This document shows, piece by piece, positions 11,460 to 22,730 of a DNA stretch of 36,651 bases. This DNA is from Octopus bimaculoides. Its lineage: Eukaryota. The notes beneath the pieces were generated by a model, which ran no database searches, was not told the origin of the DNA, and worked only from the letters and a program-made list of their open reading frames with translations. Each line of letters begins with the position of its first letter. Position 1 is the first letter of the stretch. The position numbers were made by a program, and so were the translations under genes. The stretch covers positions 96,088,126 to 96,124,776 of the forward strand of contig NC_068987.1 of assembly GCF_001194135.2 (NCBI RefSeq), read 5' to 3'.

Positions 11460-11584
11460 TATATAATTATATAGATATATATATACATATATGTATACAT
11501 ATATATGTGTGTGTGTGCGTGTGTATATCATTATATGATATATAGACCCTCATGTGGAGAAAGGGAATTCAGTGTATGTGTGAG

Positions 11585-11589
<5 letters not shown>

Positions 11590-11635
<46 letters not shown>

Positions 11636-12107
11636 NNNNNNNNNNNNNNNNNNNNNNNNNNNNNNNNNNNNNNNNNNNNNNNNNNNNNNNNNNNNNNNNN
11701 NNNNNNNNNNNNNNNNNNNNNNNNNNNNNNNNNNNNNNNNNNNNNNNNNNNNNNNNNNNNNNNNNNNNNNNNNNNNNNNNNNNNNNNNNNNNNNNNNNNN
11801 NNNNNNNNNNNNNNNNNNNNNNNNNNNNNNNNNNNNNNNNNNNNNNNNNNNNNNNNNNNNNNNNNNNNNNNNNNNNNNNNNNNNNNNNNNNNNNNNNNNN
11901 NNNNNNNNNNNNNNNNNNNNNNNNNNNNNNNNNNNNNNNNNNNNNNNNNNNNNNNNNNNNNNNNNNNNNNNNNNNNNNNNNNNNNNNNNNNNNNNNNNNN
12001 NNNNNNNNNNNNNNNNNNNNNNNNNNNNNNNNNNNNNNNNNNNNNNNNNNNNNNNNNNNNNNNNNNNNNNNNNNNNNNNNNNNNNNNNNNNNNNNNNNNN
12101 NNNNNNN

Positions 12108-12152
<45 letters not shown>
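11590..12152. repeat. (TA)n microsatellite spanning an assembly gap
   Basis: TA runs on both sides of a ~470-N gap. Confidence 0.9.
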
Positions 12153-12154
<2 letters not shown>

Positions 12155-12739
12155 TGCCAGTGGCACATAAAAGCACCCATTACACTCTCGGATTGGTTGG
12201 CATTAGGAAGGACATCTAGCTGTAGAAACCATGCCAAATCATACTAGAGTCTGGTGCAGCCCCTCAGCTTATCAGCCCTGGTGAAACTGTCCAACCCAAG
12301 CTAGCATAGACAACAACAGACAGTAAATGATCATGATATATATACATATATATATATATGCAATGAGCTTTTTTTAAGTTTCTGTCTACCAAATCCACTC
12401 ACAAGACTTTTGTTGACCTGGGGCTATATTAGAAGATACTTGCCAAAGGTGCCATGCTGTGGAATGAACCTGAATTTTGAAACATTTTGTTATTCTTTTG
12501 TTGTCATATTGAATATTACACACACACACTCTCTCTCTCTCTCACACACACACACGCACACACACACGCAGTTCATAGTCTCTGTTTATCTCCTTCCTGT
12601 TATCTGACATATTGTCTAGCCTCACTGCTTATTATATTTTCCATTTAAACAACATATACATACACCTACTGACAAACACATATACACACAGTGTATAGCA
12701 ATGAAAATTAAAGTTATCTTTCAGAGTTAACAGTCTGGA

Positions 12740-13432
12740 AGCATTTTGTTAAACTCCCTTCACCTGATTACTGATATTCCACTAGTTCTTCATTAATAGT
12801 ACAAAATCCTGTGGTGTACTCATATAAACTGTTCACTGACATTATATATATATATGTCACTCTACTTAATCATTGACATTGTAATCATTTGCTGAACCCT
12901 TTTAGGGTAGATATATATTAGTGACAGAAGCAGTGTTAATACTGAGCTGAACTATCTATCTCCACTTAAACATGGATGTTCCTTTAGAACAAACTATACT
13001 GAAGTAGTTACCATGAGAGAAACCCCCATATTGGTTTTTGGTGCAGAATGCATGCATGTTTATATCTCTAATGAGGAGATAAATCTCTGCCATCTCCAGC
13101 ACTGAGACCACCAAATCACATGATTTCGACCTTCCCAGGTCTCATCAGTGATGGACACTCGACTGCTAGAGATAGCAGTGACTCATTTCCCCGCACCACC
13201 AATGATATATAGAAAAACAGTGCCAGAACAGTCACTGGTGTCACGATTAGCCAGTGAACTTGTTAAGAAATATATATTAGTGACATGTGCAGTATTAATA
13301 CTGAGTGGTAATATTTATCCCCACTTAAATGTGGTTGTTCTGTTAGAACAAACTATACAGTGGTAGATACCATAAGAGAACCTCTCATATTGGCTTTTGG
13401 TGCAAAAAGTACACTTGCTTATATCGCTATAC
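12740..13432 (-). mobile_element. Diverged ~350-360 bp tandem repeat with hammerhead motifs (candidate non-LTR retrozyme)
   Basis: 12911-13068 aligns with 13270-13430 (offset 359, roughly 75% by eye); hammerhead core at 13142-13148 has a decayed counterpart at 12790-12796 (offset 352). Confidence 0.65.
13087..13178 (-). ncRNA. Type I hammerhead ribozyme
   Basis: Minus strand: CCAUCA-CUGAUGA-GACC(UGGGAA)GGUC-GAAA-UCAUGUGA-U-U/UGGUGG. Stem I 6 bp, stem II 4 bp, invariant core intact; stem I is extended by a 3-bp and a 15-bp helix (13164-13178 with 13087-13101). Confidence 0.88.
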
Positions 13433-13719
13433 TGTATTTTAGGTGGCATTATGTTGTATCTTTTATCATTTATCTTTCACTTGTTTGAAACATTTGACTG
13501 CGACCATGCTCGGGCACCATCTTCAAGAGTTTTAGTCAAACAAATTTACCCCAGGACTTATTTTTTCAAGCCTAGTACTTACTATCAGTTCATTTTGCTG
13601 AACTGCTAGCAATATAAGCAAGTGTGCATTTTGCACTAAAATCCAATACAAGGGTTTTTTTCATGGTATCTACCACAGTATAATTAAACTAATCCGCCTG
13701 TATTTTCTCTTACCCAAAG

Positions 13720-13747
13720 CCAAAAACTTTTCAGCACCCCCTTATAG
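13720..13747 (+). other. Possible 28-nt micro-exon
   Basis: CTAAT branch-like motif, pyrimidine tract and AAG acceptor upstream; strong donor AG|GTAAGC at 13748. Splice signals only. Confidence 0.15.
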
Positions 13748-14149
13748 GTAAGCTGAGTCATTGAGAATCACTATTGTGGCTATGGACATGTGAACATGAA
13801 GGTGAAGTGATCTTTAACCATTATCAAGTTACCTTTTTTTCCTTGAGAGTTGTCTCTGCCAAAGTGTTGCACTATTCATTCCAAATATCAAAAAAAATTA
13901 GTATAAAAAGAAATCAACTGTGGCTTATAACATTGCCTGAACCCATGGCAAGTTAAGCAATCTAAAGTGAGGACTTGGTGCTTGCTCTTCCCACTTTCAG
14001 AAGCTATGAAGGCCTGTCTTACTATTTACTTAAAATATGACACTATTTGATGACATGGATGTTTGTTATTGTAGTCTGTATTATTATTCTTTTTTCACCA
14101 AATATTTATTTTGTATTGTATCATCATTACTAAGGCTGGTGATTATGTT

Positions 14150-14575
14150 GCAATAATGGCGATGGTGTGGTGGTGTTACATGTGATTATGATGCTTGTAA
14201 TTGTAGCCGGTGATGTAGTTAGGGTGTGAAAGTGGTGGTGGTGGTGGTGGTGATGGTGGTGGTAGTGGTGGTGATGGTGGTATTGGTGGTGGTGGTGGTG
14301 GTGGTGGTGGTGGTGGTGGTACTGGTGGTGGTGGCAGTGGTGGTGCTGGTGCTGGTGGTATTGGTGGTGGTGCTGGTGGCGGTGGTGGTGCTGGTGGTAC
14401 TGGTGGTGGTGGCAGTGGTGGTAATAGTAGTGGTGGTGGATTTGAATGTATCTGGTCATTGTGGTGATGATACTAGTGGTACATGTGATCAAAATGATTG
14501 TAAATATAGGAGGTAGTGGTGGTGGGGTTACAGTTGTTATGATAGCCATGGTGATAGTGGTGAAGCTTGTGGTTG
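14150..14575. repeat. (GGT)n-rich degenerate microsatellite
   Basis: Long GGT/GCT/GAT array; source of the poly-V and poly-H ORFs. Confidence 0.9.
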
Positions 14576-14902
14576 TTGCATACATATGAAGGAAGAGAGA
14601 CATTTTGCTTCACATGATGTTCTCACTCCCACCATCAGTTCTCCCCCTTCAGCTCTGAGACTGGTGATTTCTTTGGTCTACTTGCTTCCTTCTTTGGAAT
14701 GTCTCTTTCTGGTCACGTTTCTGGCTGGGATTTTATTGTATGTGGCATTATTCTGTTTTTTCTTCTCCTTCACCACTTCCCCTTCTTTATATGCTTCCCC
14801 CCTTTTTGTCCCTTACTACCTCTGCTTCCTCCTTCTCCTCTTTTTTATCTTCCTCTTCCCCTTCTGTCTTCATTACCATCATGATCATCATTAATAACCA
14901 TT

Positions 14903-14939
14903 ATAGTAGTAGTAGTAGTAGTGATAGTAATAGTTGTAA

Positions 14940-14989
<50 letters not shown>

Positions 14990-15030
14990 TGATAGTGATG
15001 ATGGCAACAACAACAACAACAATAATAATA
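14903..15030. repeat. (AGT)n then (CAA/AAT)n microsatellites
   Basis: Directly visible tandem triplets. Confidence 0.9.
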
Positions 15031-15475
15031 ATACTGTACGACATCTTCAATAATAAGAATAATAATTGTTTGTTTCTTCTGTGGAAACAAAGGATCTTAA
15101 AGGAAGGCAAAACACACACACACACACACCTTGATAAGTGGTCACGTTTTTTAAGAAGTCTGACCATGTGTACAGCAGTTATGACCTTACCTGCCTGTAC
15201 TTGTTTCTTTCATTTATTACCTTTTCCATGACACTTCACTTTACTTTCCTTAAATTTCCCCACCCTAACATGGGAGAAGGGCAAAGATATTGCAAACAAC
15301 TCTAATTTATTTTTTTCTACTCTAGACACAAGGCCCAAAATTTTTGGGGCAGGGGGTCAGTCGATTAGATCGACATCAGCATGCAACTGGTACTCAATTT
15401 ATCGACCCTGAAAGGATGAAAGGCAAAGTCAACCTCGACAGCATTTGAATTCAGAACATAAAGACAGACAAAATA

Positions 15476-15709
15476 CCTATTTCGTTATTGCCCACAAGGG
15501 GCTAAACATAGAGGGAACAAACAAGAACAGACGAACGGATTAAGTCGATTACATCGACCCCAGTGCGTAACTGGTACTTAATTTATCGACCCCGAAAGGA
15601 TGAAAGGCAAAGTCGACCTCGGCGGAATTTGAACTCAGAACGTAACGGCAGACGAAATACCGCTAAGCATTTTGCCCGGCGTGCTAACGATTCTGCCAGC
15701 TCGCCGCCT
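15476..15709 (-). mobile_element. tRNA-derived SINE, family A, young copy
   Basis: Reverse complement of the 221-452 family with CpGs retained (GAGTTCAAATTCCGCCGAGGTCGAC). Confidence 0.88.
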
Positions 15710-15734
15710 CACAACTCTAATTTATTATGATTGT

Positions 15735-16139
15735 TGTTGAGGCAGCAAGTTAGCTGAATCGTTACTGTGCCAGGCTGAATAATTAATGGCATTCTTTCTG
15801 ACTTTGTGTTCTGAGTTTGAATGCTGCCTAGGTTGACTTTGCCCTTCATCCTTTCTGAGTCAATAAAATAAGTACCAGTTGAGTACTGGGGTCAACAGAA
15901 TCAACTTACCTCTCCCCCGAAATTGCTGACCTTGTGCCAAAATTTGTAACCATTATCAAGGCAGTGAATTGGCAGAACCTTTAGCATGCCAGGGAAAATG
16001 CTTAGCAGCATTTCATCCATCTTTACATTCTGAGTTCAAATTCTGCCAAGACCAACTCTGCCTTACATCCTTTCAGGGTTGGTGTAATCAACTAGTCCCC
16101 TCCCCCAAAATTTCAGGCCTTGTGCCTTTAGTAGAAAGG

Positions 16140-16174
<35 letters not shown>

Positions 16175-16390
16175 GGTGACGAGCTGGCAGAATTGTTAAC
16201 ACACTAGATGAAATGCTTTGCAGTATTTAACCTGTCACTACATTCTGAGTTCAAATTCTGCCAAGATCAACTCTGCCTTTCATCCTTTCAGGATCGATAA
16301 ATTAAGTACGAAAGGAACTCTGGGGTCGATGTAATCAACTAGTCCCCCTCCTTCAAAATTTCAGACCTTGTGCCTTTAGTAGAAAGGATT
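15735..16390 (+). mobile_element. Head-to-tail stack of three family A-related SINEs
   Basis: Three repeats of head/GAGTT(C/T)AAAT/CATCCTTTC core and GTGCC tail at ~15735, ~15958, ~16172, with an (ATT)n linker. Confidence 0.75.
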
Positions 16391-16444
16391 ATTTTTATTG
16401 TTATTGTACATTTCTCATCTGAGGGCTCTTTATTTCACTTGCTC

Positions 16445-16700
16445 TTTTTAATTGGCTGATCCTGTAAGAACAGACAAGCTCTTTCCACAACACTTTCCAT
16501 GACACCTAACATGTCTCAAAATCCCAGCTGTCCTCGATAGGGCGGTTTTCAGAGCATATTTTATACTCACGTCAATCCCAATTTCTCCAACTAATTTCTG
16601 ATTGTTAATGTTCCTAATGCCCCAACAACTACTAGGATAACAGTTACTTTCTTCATTGTCCACATTCATGCAATCTCATCTTTTAGGAGCTTGTACTTTT
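16445..16700 (-). mobile_element. R4/Dong-like RLE non-LTR retrotransposon 3' fragment
   Basis: Across frameshifts reads KYK.L..EI..MWTMKKVTVILVVVGALGT and LKTALSRTAGILRHV, matching the R4-clade C-terminal VIPVVVGALG and QKTALLGTARILR motifs. Confidence 0.7.
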
Positions 16701-16750
<50 letters not shown>

Positions 16751-16937
16751 TAAGGTGGCGAGCTGGCAGAATCATTAACATACTGGACAAAATGCTTTGC
16801 GGTATTTCACCCATCGCTATGTTCTGGGTTCAAATTCCGCCGAAGTCAACTTTACCTTTTATCCTTTCAGGGTCAATAAATTAAGTATCAGTGAAACACT
16901 CAGGTCAATGTAATCAACTAGTCCCTGCCCCATAAAT

Positions 16938-17034
16938 ATTAACAATCAGAAATTAGTTGGAGAAATTAGGATTGACGTGAGTATAGAATATGCTCTGAAA
17001 ACTGCTTTATCAAGGACAGCGGGGATTTTGAGAC
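16938..17034 (+). repeat. Inverted copy of part of the R4-like fragment
   Basis: 97-bp reverse complement of 16513-16609, about 90% identical by eye. Confidence 0.85.
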
Positions 17035-17629
17035 TGCTAAATTGAATACTTAATGCAAAACCACCACCTTATGTTTGGTTTTTCATCCTTGGTACTATCT
17101 CTAACATCTTGGGATTTTAGTGATTGATAAAAGAAATAATTATCATTATTAATATTAATAGCATTGTTATGGCGCTGGAAGACAGAATCAGTAGTGAACA
17201 AATAAAAATGGTATTTTATTTAGTTACGCCCCTTTGTGTTCTAAAGTTTAAATCTTGATAGGGGTCAGCTTTCTGTTTTGTTATTCGGGAGTGGATAAAA
17301 TATGTACCAACCTGATACTGGGACCAGTTTAAGCAACTGCCTGTTCCCGCCCTTTGTGTATAAATATGGGATAAATATATATATAAGATAAAAATAATTA
17401 AATGTTAAAAATAGTGCAATTCTTAACTGTTAGAAAATGAAAGTAGGGTCTTGAAGTTTTCATGTAGAAAAGTCTTCAAGATATTTACAGTTTCAAGTAT
17501 TGCAGTGTTTTCAGGAACTGAGTATAATGTTCAAATTACTAAGCAGTATCACAGCTATTAGTCTTCCCTCTGTATTCTTGAAAAAACCAAAAGAGATATT
17601 TTGAATGAAGTAAATCTCTTGCATTGGCA

Positions 17630-17830
17630 AAATTCCAAGTGTTATGTGAACTTAGGAAATTACCAAGCTCTTGGTTTCTCTTTTCAACCAATTTCAGGGT
17701 ATATCTGTTTTGAGATCTGTAATACTTCCAAATTGCCTACAAGCTGGTGTATTTTCTTAATATCTCCATTCTTAAAATGCTCTGTATCCCAACTTATTCT
17801 TAGTATTACGCTAAGCTACTGTGACATATT
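17630..17830 (-). mobile_element. Old LINE C-terminal remnant
   Basis: VILRISWDTEHFKNGDI resembles the LINE post-RT ILRISWxxHxxNxxV motif. Confidence 0.35.
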
Positions 17831-18799
17831 GAAAGTGACAGTTTTTCATAAAATTCTTAAGAACAGAAATCTGATGTTTCAAGCTATTTTTATTTATTTA
17901 TTTTTTTTTTCTAGGAAAGAAGTACAAAAATTTATGAGATTTGTTTTTTTAACTATTTGAATCTTTTTTTTACACAGCAAACTACAAATTTATTCTTCCT
18001 GAATAGTTTTAATTTTCTAAAAATATCAGGGAAAGGTATTTGTGGTTTCCAGGTATATTAAACACATGTAAGCCAATGAGGAAGTATCTATACCATTGTT
18101 TAACCTGTTGAAAATACCAGCCAAATTTTCCTCAAATCAAAACAATTGTCTTGAATTAGAAAGGGCATATTAAATAATGTAGCACTAGATGTCACTAAAA
18201 GAAAAATAGGATGAAATACTTTTGATCGTAGGTTTTCTCAGTCACAGCTGAATTGGAGCTAAGCTGTAACAAAATTAACTGTCAAATATTCATTGGTTTT
18301 ACAAACCAGCAAATGCTCAATACAATCTACTGCTACACCTGAGTCCTGACAAACTTTTAAAAGTTGGTGTTTTGCTTTGATTATATAGTATTAAGCTGAT
18401 GAGGGGAGAATCTCTTGACAGGATGCCCATGCTTGTAAATGACCAGCATATTGTTTAGGAAAAGATTTTTTACTCATCTGCTTAGCACCATGGAATTTCA
18501 ATTCCAGATAGGGCAGGGACTCAGAATCATGGCCAACAGCTTAGGTGGTTGTGTTATAAGTGCTGTATAATCCTGTATCTTTTCTATGAACTTGAGCAGG
18601 TGTCTTCTATAGCTCTGGACATTGTATGGACCTTGAGCAAGTATCTTCTGTAGCTCTGGGCCAACCAAAGACTTTTGAATCAATTTGGTAGTCAAAAACT
18701 GAAAAAAACCTGGGTGTCTTTCTCTGTGTGCGTGTGTATGTGTGTGAGAGAGAGAGAGAGAAATGAGGAAGGCTGCATAAAGAAGTACTAAGCGTTAAT

Positions 18800-19230
18800 T
18801 GTAGAGGAAACATGTGGAAGTTGATAGACCTAGGAAGACGTGGGACAAAGTGGTGAGAAAAGATCTTTGGATGTTGCACCTCACTGAGGAAATGACAAGG
18901 GTCCAGGAGTTGTGGTGATTTGCAGTATTTGAGAAGACGCATCAAGCTAAGTAAATTCACTGATATCCATACAGGCTTTTCCTTTACAGGTGCCGGTGCC
19001 ACATAAGAGGCACTCGTGTCGGTGCTACATGAATGCACTCATGCTAGTGGCATGTAAAAAACACTCAGCACACTCTGCAAAGTGGTTGGTGTTGGGAAGG
19101 GCATCCAGCCATAGAAACCATACCACAACAGACAATTCGAGTCTGGACTGCTCCCCAGCTGGCCCGCTCCTGTCAAACCATCCAACCCGTGCTAGCATGC
19201 AAAACAGACGTTAAATGATGATGATGGTGA
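18800..19230 (+). mobile_element. RTE LINE 3' end (ORF end plus UTR), older copy
   Basis: RPRKTWDKVVRKDLWMLHLTEEMTRVQELW*FAVFEKTHQAK* followed by the RTE tail and (GAT)n. Confidence 0.8.
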
Positions 19231-19413
19231 TGATGATGTTGGTGGTATGTATATAGGCACAGGTGTGGCTGTGTGGTAAGAAGCTTGGTTCCCAACCGCA
19301 TGGTTCTGGGTTCAGTTCCACTGCCTGGCACCTTGACCAAGTGTCTTGTACTATAGCCTTGGGCTAACCAAAGCCTTGTGAGTGGATTTGGTAGACAGAA
19401 CTGAAAGAAGCTC

Positions 19414-19457
<44 letters not shown>

Positions 19458-19479
19458 TATATAATATATTCCTGTGCTG

Positions 19480-19712
19480 GTGGCACGTAAAATACACCAT
19501 TTTGAGTGTGGCCGTTGCCAGTACTGCCTGACTGGCCTTCGTGCCAGTGGCACGTAAAAGCATCCACTATAACTCTCAGAGTGGTTGGTGTTAGGAAGGG
19601 CATCTAGCTGTAGAATCTCTGCCAAATCAGATTGGAGTCTGGTGTAGCCATCTGGTTCACCAGTCCTCAGTCAAATTGTCCAACCCATGCTAACATGGAA
19701 AGCGGACATTAA
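19480..19712 (+). mobile_element. RTE 3' UTR copy
   Basis: Homologous to 5560-5795; (GAT)n tail. Confidence 0.8.
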
Positions 19713-20188
19713 ACGATGATGATGATGATGTATATAGTTGTGTGTTTGTGTCTGTGTTTGTCCCCCCACCATCACTTGACAACCAATGTTGATGTGTTTA
19801 CATCCCCGTAACTTAGTGGTTCGGCATAAGAGATTGATAGAATAAGTACCAGGCTTACAAAAAATAAGTCCAGTGGTCAATTTCTTCGACTAAAAGGCAG
19901 TGCTCCAGCATGACCACAGTCAAAATGATTGAAACAAGTAAAAGAATATATATATGTTAGTGTGTGTGTAATGTACCTTTGCCAAGTCATCACATGATGG
20001 TTGTGAATAAGCAAAATCATACAAGCAAGGTTATTGATTTTCTATTTCCTGTGGAAAATGTGTCTAGCCATGGAGAGATATCAGATAAAGTTGGCAACAG
20101 GAAGGGCATCTGGTCATAGAAAATCTGTGTCAACAAATTCTATGTGACTCATGCAAGCATGGAAAAGTAGGCATTAAATGATAATGAA

Positions 20189-20189
<1 letters not shown>

Positions 20190-20269
<80 letters not shown>

Positions 20270-20295
20270 TCACACACACACACACACACACACAA
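20190..20295. repeat. (CT)n-(CA)n microsatellite
   Basis: Directly visible. Confidence 0.9.
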
Positions 20296-20868
20296 ATTAC
20301 TCTAATGTCATTAATTCTGTAACAACAATCAGGTTGTTACCTGAAGTATAAACTTAAAGAATCCTTAGAACTCACCCAAGGCTTAAATTCTCTCATTTTC
20401 TTTGTTTCTATAAATGCATTTTACAGTTAATTTGGCTTAATTGCAATTCTTAAGCAATTACTTTCACTTCCCACAGTAATCAATAAATTGAGAAATCACA
20501 ATACATTGTTAGTCGGAAGTGAATTGGCTGAATTGATAGAATGCTGGGTAGACTACTTCAGAAGTATGTAGTCCAGCTCTCTCAATTCTGAGTTCCAATT
20601 CTGCTCAGGTCAATTTTTTCTGTCATCTTTTCAGAGTCAATAAAAAAGGTACCTATGCAAGCAGTAGATTAGTGGAACTGTGAGGATGTTGGACCAAATG
20701 CCTTGTAGTATTTGTTCAAGATTTTTTCATTTTGAGTTCAAATCCCACCACAGCCTACTTCAGTGATAGGCTTAATTTGTCACCCGGTTTAACACCACCA
20801 CCTGGTACCTTAGTGTTTTTCAGTAGATCCACTCTCTCAGAAACATTTGGGCCCGGTTTCTGGTTTAA

Positions 20869-21101
20869 CCCTTAAGCATTTTAACTGGCTATGTCCAACC
20901 AAAATGTTTTACTTGCTTTATATTCAAACTGGCTAGATCTGGCCTTCCACACTTACCCCGAATTGTCATTCTAACACAATGTTATTCTAAAGATAAAACA
21001 ATCGCATCAAAATCTCAAAGCTATGAGGTAATGCATGATTGGTTCAAACTATGTGAATAAATAAGCATTACATTTGACAGACTAATCTGAATACCAAATG
21101 C
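20869..21101. mobile_element. piggyBac-type MITE, diverged copy
   Basis: TTAA-CCCTTAAGCATT start; body aligns with 30921-31140; TTAA near the right end. Confidence 0.65.
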
Positions 21102-22389
21102 TTAAGAATATCTTCCCCTTTCCCTCCCTCCACTAGTCTTAGAGGCTCTGCAAAATGTCATGGACTATAAGATAAAAAATAGTAAGGTATTGTACTAATG
21201 TTACGCATGCATGATTATTTAATTAAACAGATTTACATATTGGTCTCAAATTTTGGTACAAGACCAGCAATGTCTGTGTTTGTCCCCCCAACATCACTTG
21301 ACAATCGATGCTGGTGTGTTTATGTCCCCGTAACTTAGTGGTTCGGCAAAAGAAACCGATAGAATAAGTACTAGGCTTCTAAAGAATAAGTCCTGGGGTT
21401 GATTTGCTCAACTAAAGGTGGTGCTCCAGCATGGCCACAGTCAAAAGACTGAAACAAGTAAAAGAGTAAAAAGTAACCCCGAAAGGATGAAAGGGAAAAT
21501 AGACTACATCGAAATTTGAACTTAGAATGTAAAGATGGATGAAATGCCACTAAGCATTTTATCTGGTATGCTAACAATTCTGCCAGCTTGCTACCCTAAA
21601 TATAAAAAGAGTTATATATTAAAAGTGCATTATGTGTACACATAATTCACTTCTGGTTGACCCAGTACGACCTACTTTATCTATCAGTATGGCAAGCATT
21701 TGACTTAACTCCTATGAGGATTTTGAATCCCTTTTATATTTTCTAATTATAATTTCTAATCACTCAAACTTAAGCTAGATTCATATGTTCTGACAATGAC
21801 TTTCATACACTTTGAATTGCACAATGATAACAACTGCTGTGTGTATATATGTAGGTGGGGAGCTGTGTGTTTAGAAAGAAATAATTAGGTTAATTACAGG
21901 TTAATGTACTTCAGTGGTTCTCAACCATTTCTATCACAACAACACGCTCTTTTCGTCCAATGTTGTTTTACAGACACCTTCATGTGTTTTGATTTGGAAA
22001 ATAAATTATCTTAATCAAACAGAGACTAATTTTGTGCAGTGGTTTATTATCTATATTCCCTTATACTTTTCCATCCAGCATGCTCTGCTTTTTAAATATT
22101 TGCTTAGACCAGTGACAATGTTAAATTTTCATAGAAATTGCTAAAGAAGTTAAGGTCTTAGAAAACAAAATTATAAAAGTACCCGGTACATGCTGTAAAG
22201 TGGTTAGCATTAGGAAGGATATCCCACCATACAAACCATACCAAAGCAGACATTGCAGTCCTTAGACTCATCAGATCTTGTCAAAACTGACCAATCCATG
22301 CCAGCATGGAACATAGATGTTAAAAGATAATGATACTGGACCTTGGTGCATCATCAAACATGTTTCTACAACAAGGATTAATTTATTGA

Positions 22390-22730
22390 AGAATTTTATA
22401 AGTATAACTGGCACTCCATTGGTTACGATGACAAGGTTCCAGTTGATACAATCAACAGAACAGCCTGCTTGTGAAATTAAAGTGCAAGTGGCTGAACACT
22501 CCACAGACATGTGTACTCTGAATGTAGTTCTCAGGGAGATTCAGCATGACACAAAGTGTGACAAGGCTGGCCCCTTTGAATTACAGGTACTACTCATTCT
22601 TGCCAGCTGAGTGGTTTGGAGCAATGAGAAGTAAAGTATCTTGCTCAAGGACATAATGTGTTGCCAGGAATTGAACTTATGATCTTATGATCGTGAGCTG
22701 AATACCTCAACCACTAAACCACGCACCTGC
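22390..22730 (-). mobile_element. SINE sharing the family B 3' half with a different tRNA-like head
   Basis: 22390-22590 is the reverse complement of ~1730-1890; the head region (22600-22730) differs from 1531-1700. Confidence 0.65.

Noticed and set aside
11505-12247. Four 208-231 aa ORFs
   Set aside because: Artefacts of (TA)n plus the N-gap.
14630-14760. Minus-strand protein-like stretch IKSQPET*PERDIPKKEASRPKKSPVSELKGEN with in-frame TGA
   Set aside because: No acceptor or donor and no SECIS seen; a purine-rich strand gives such peptides by chance.
14130-15231. Poly-His, poly-Val, poly-Ser and poly-Thr ORFs
   Set aside because: Triplet microsatellites open in several frames on both strands, with no splice or domain support.
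22245-22285. Minus-strand CTGATGA-GTC-TAAG-GAC motif
   Set aside because: Followed by TGCAA rather than GAAA, and lies in a diverged RTE tail; chance match.
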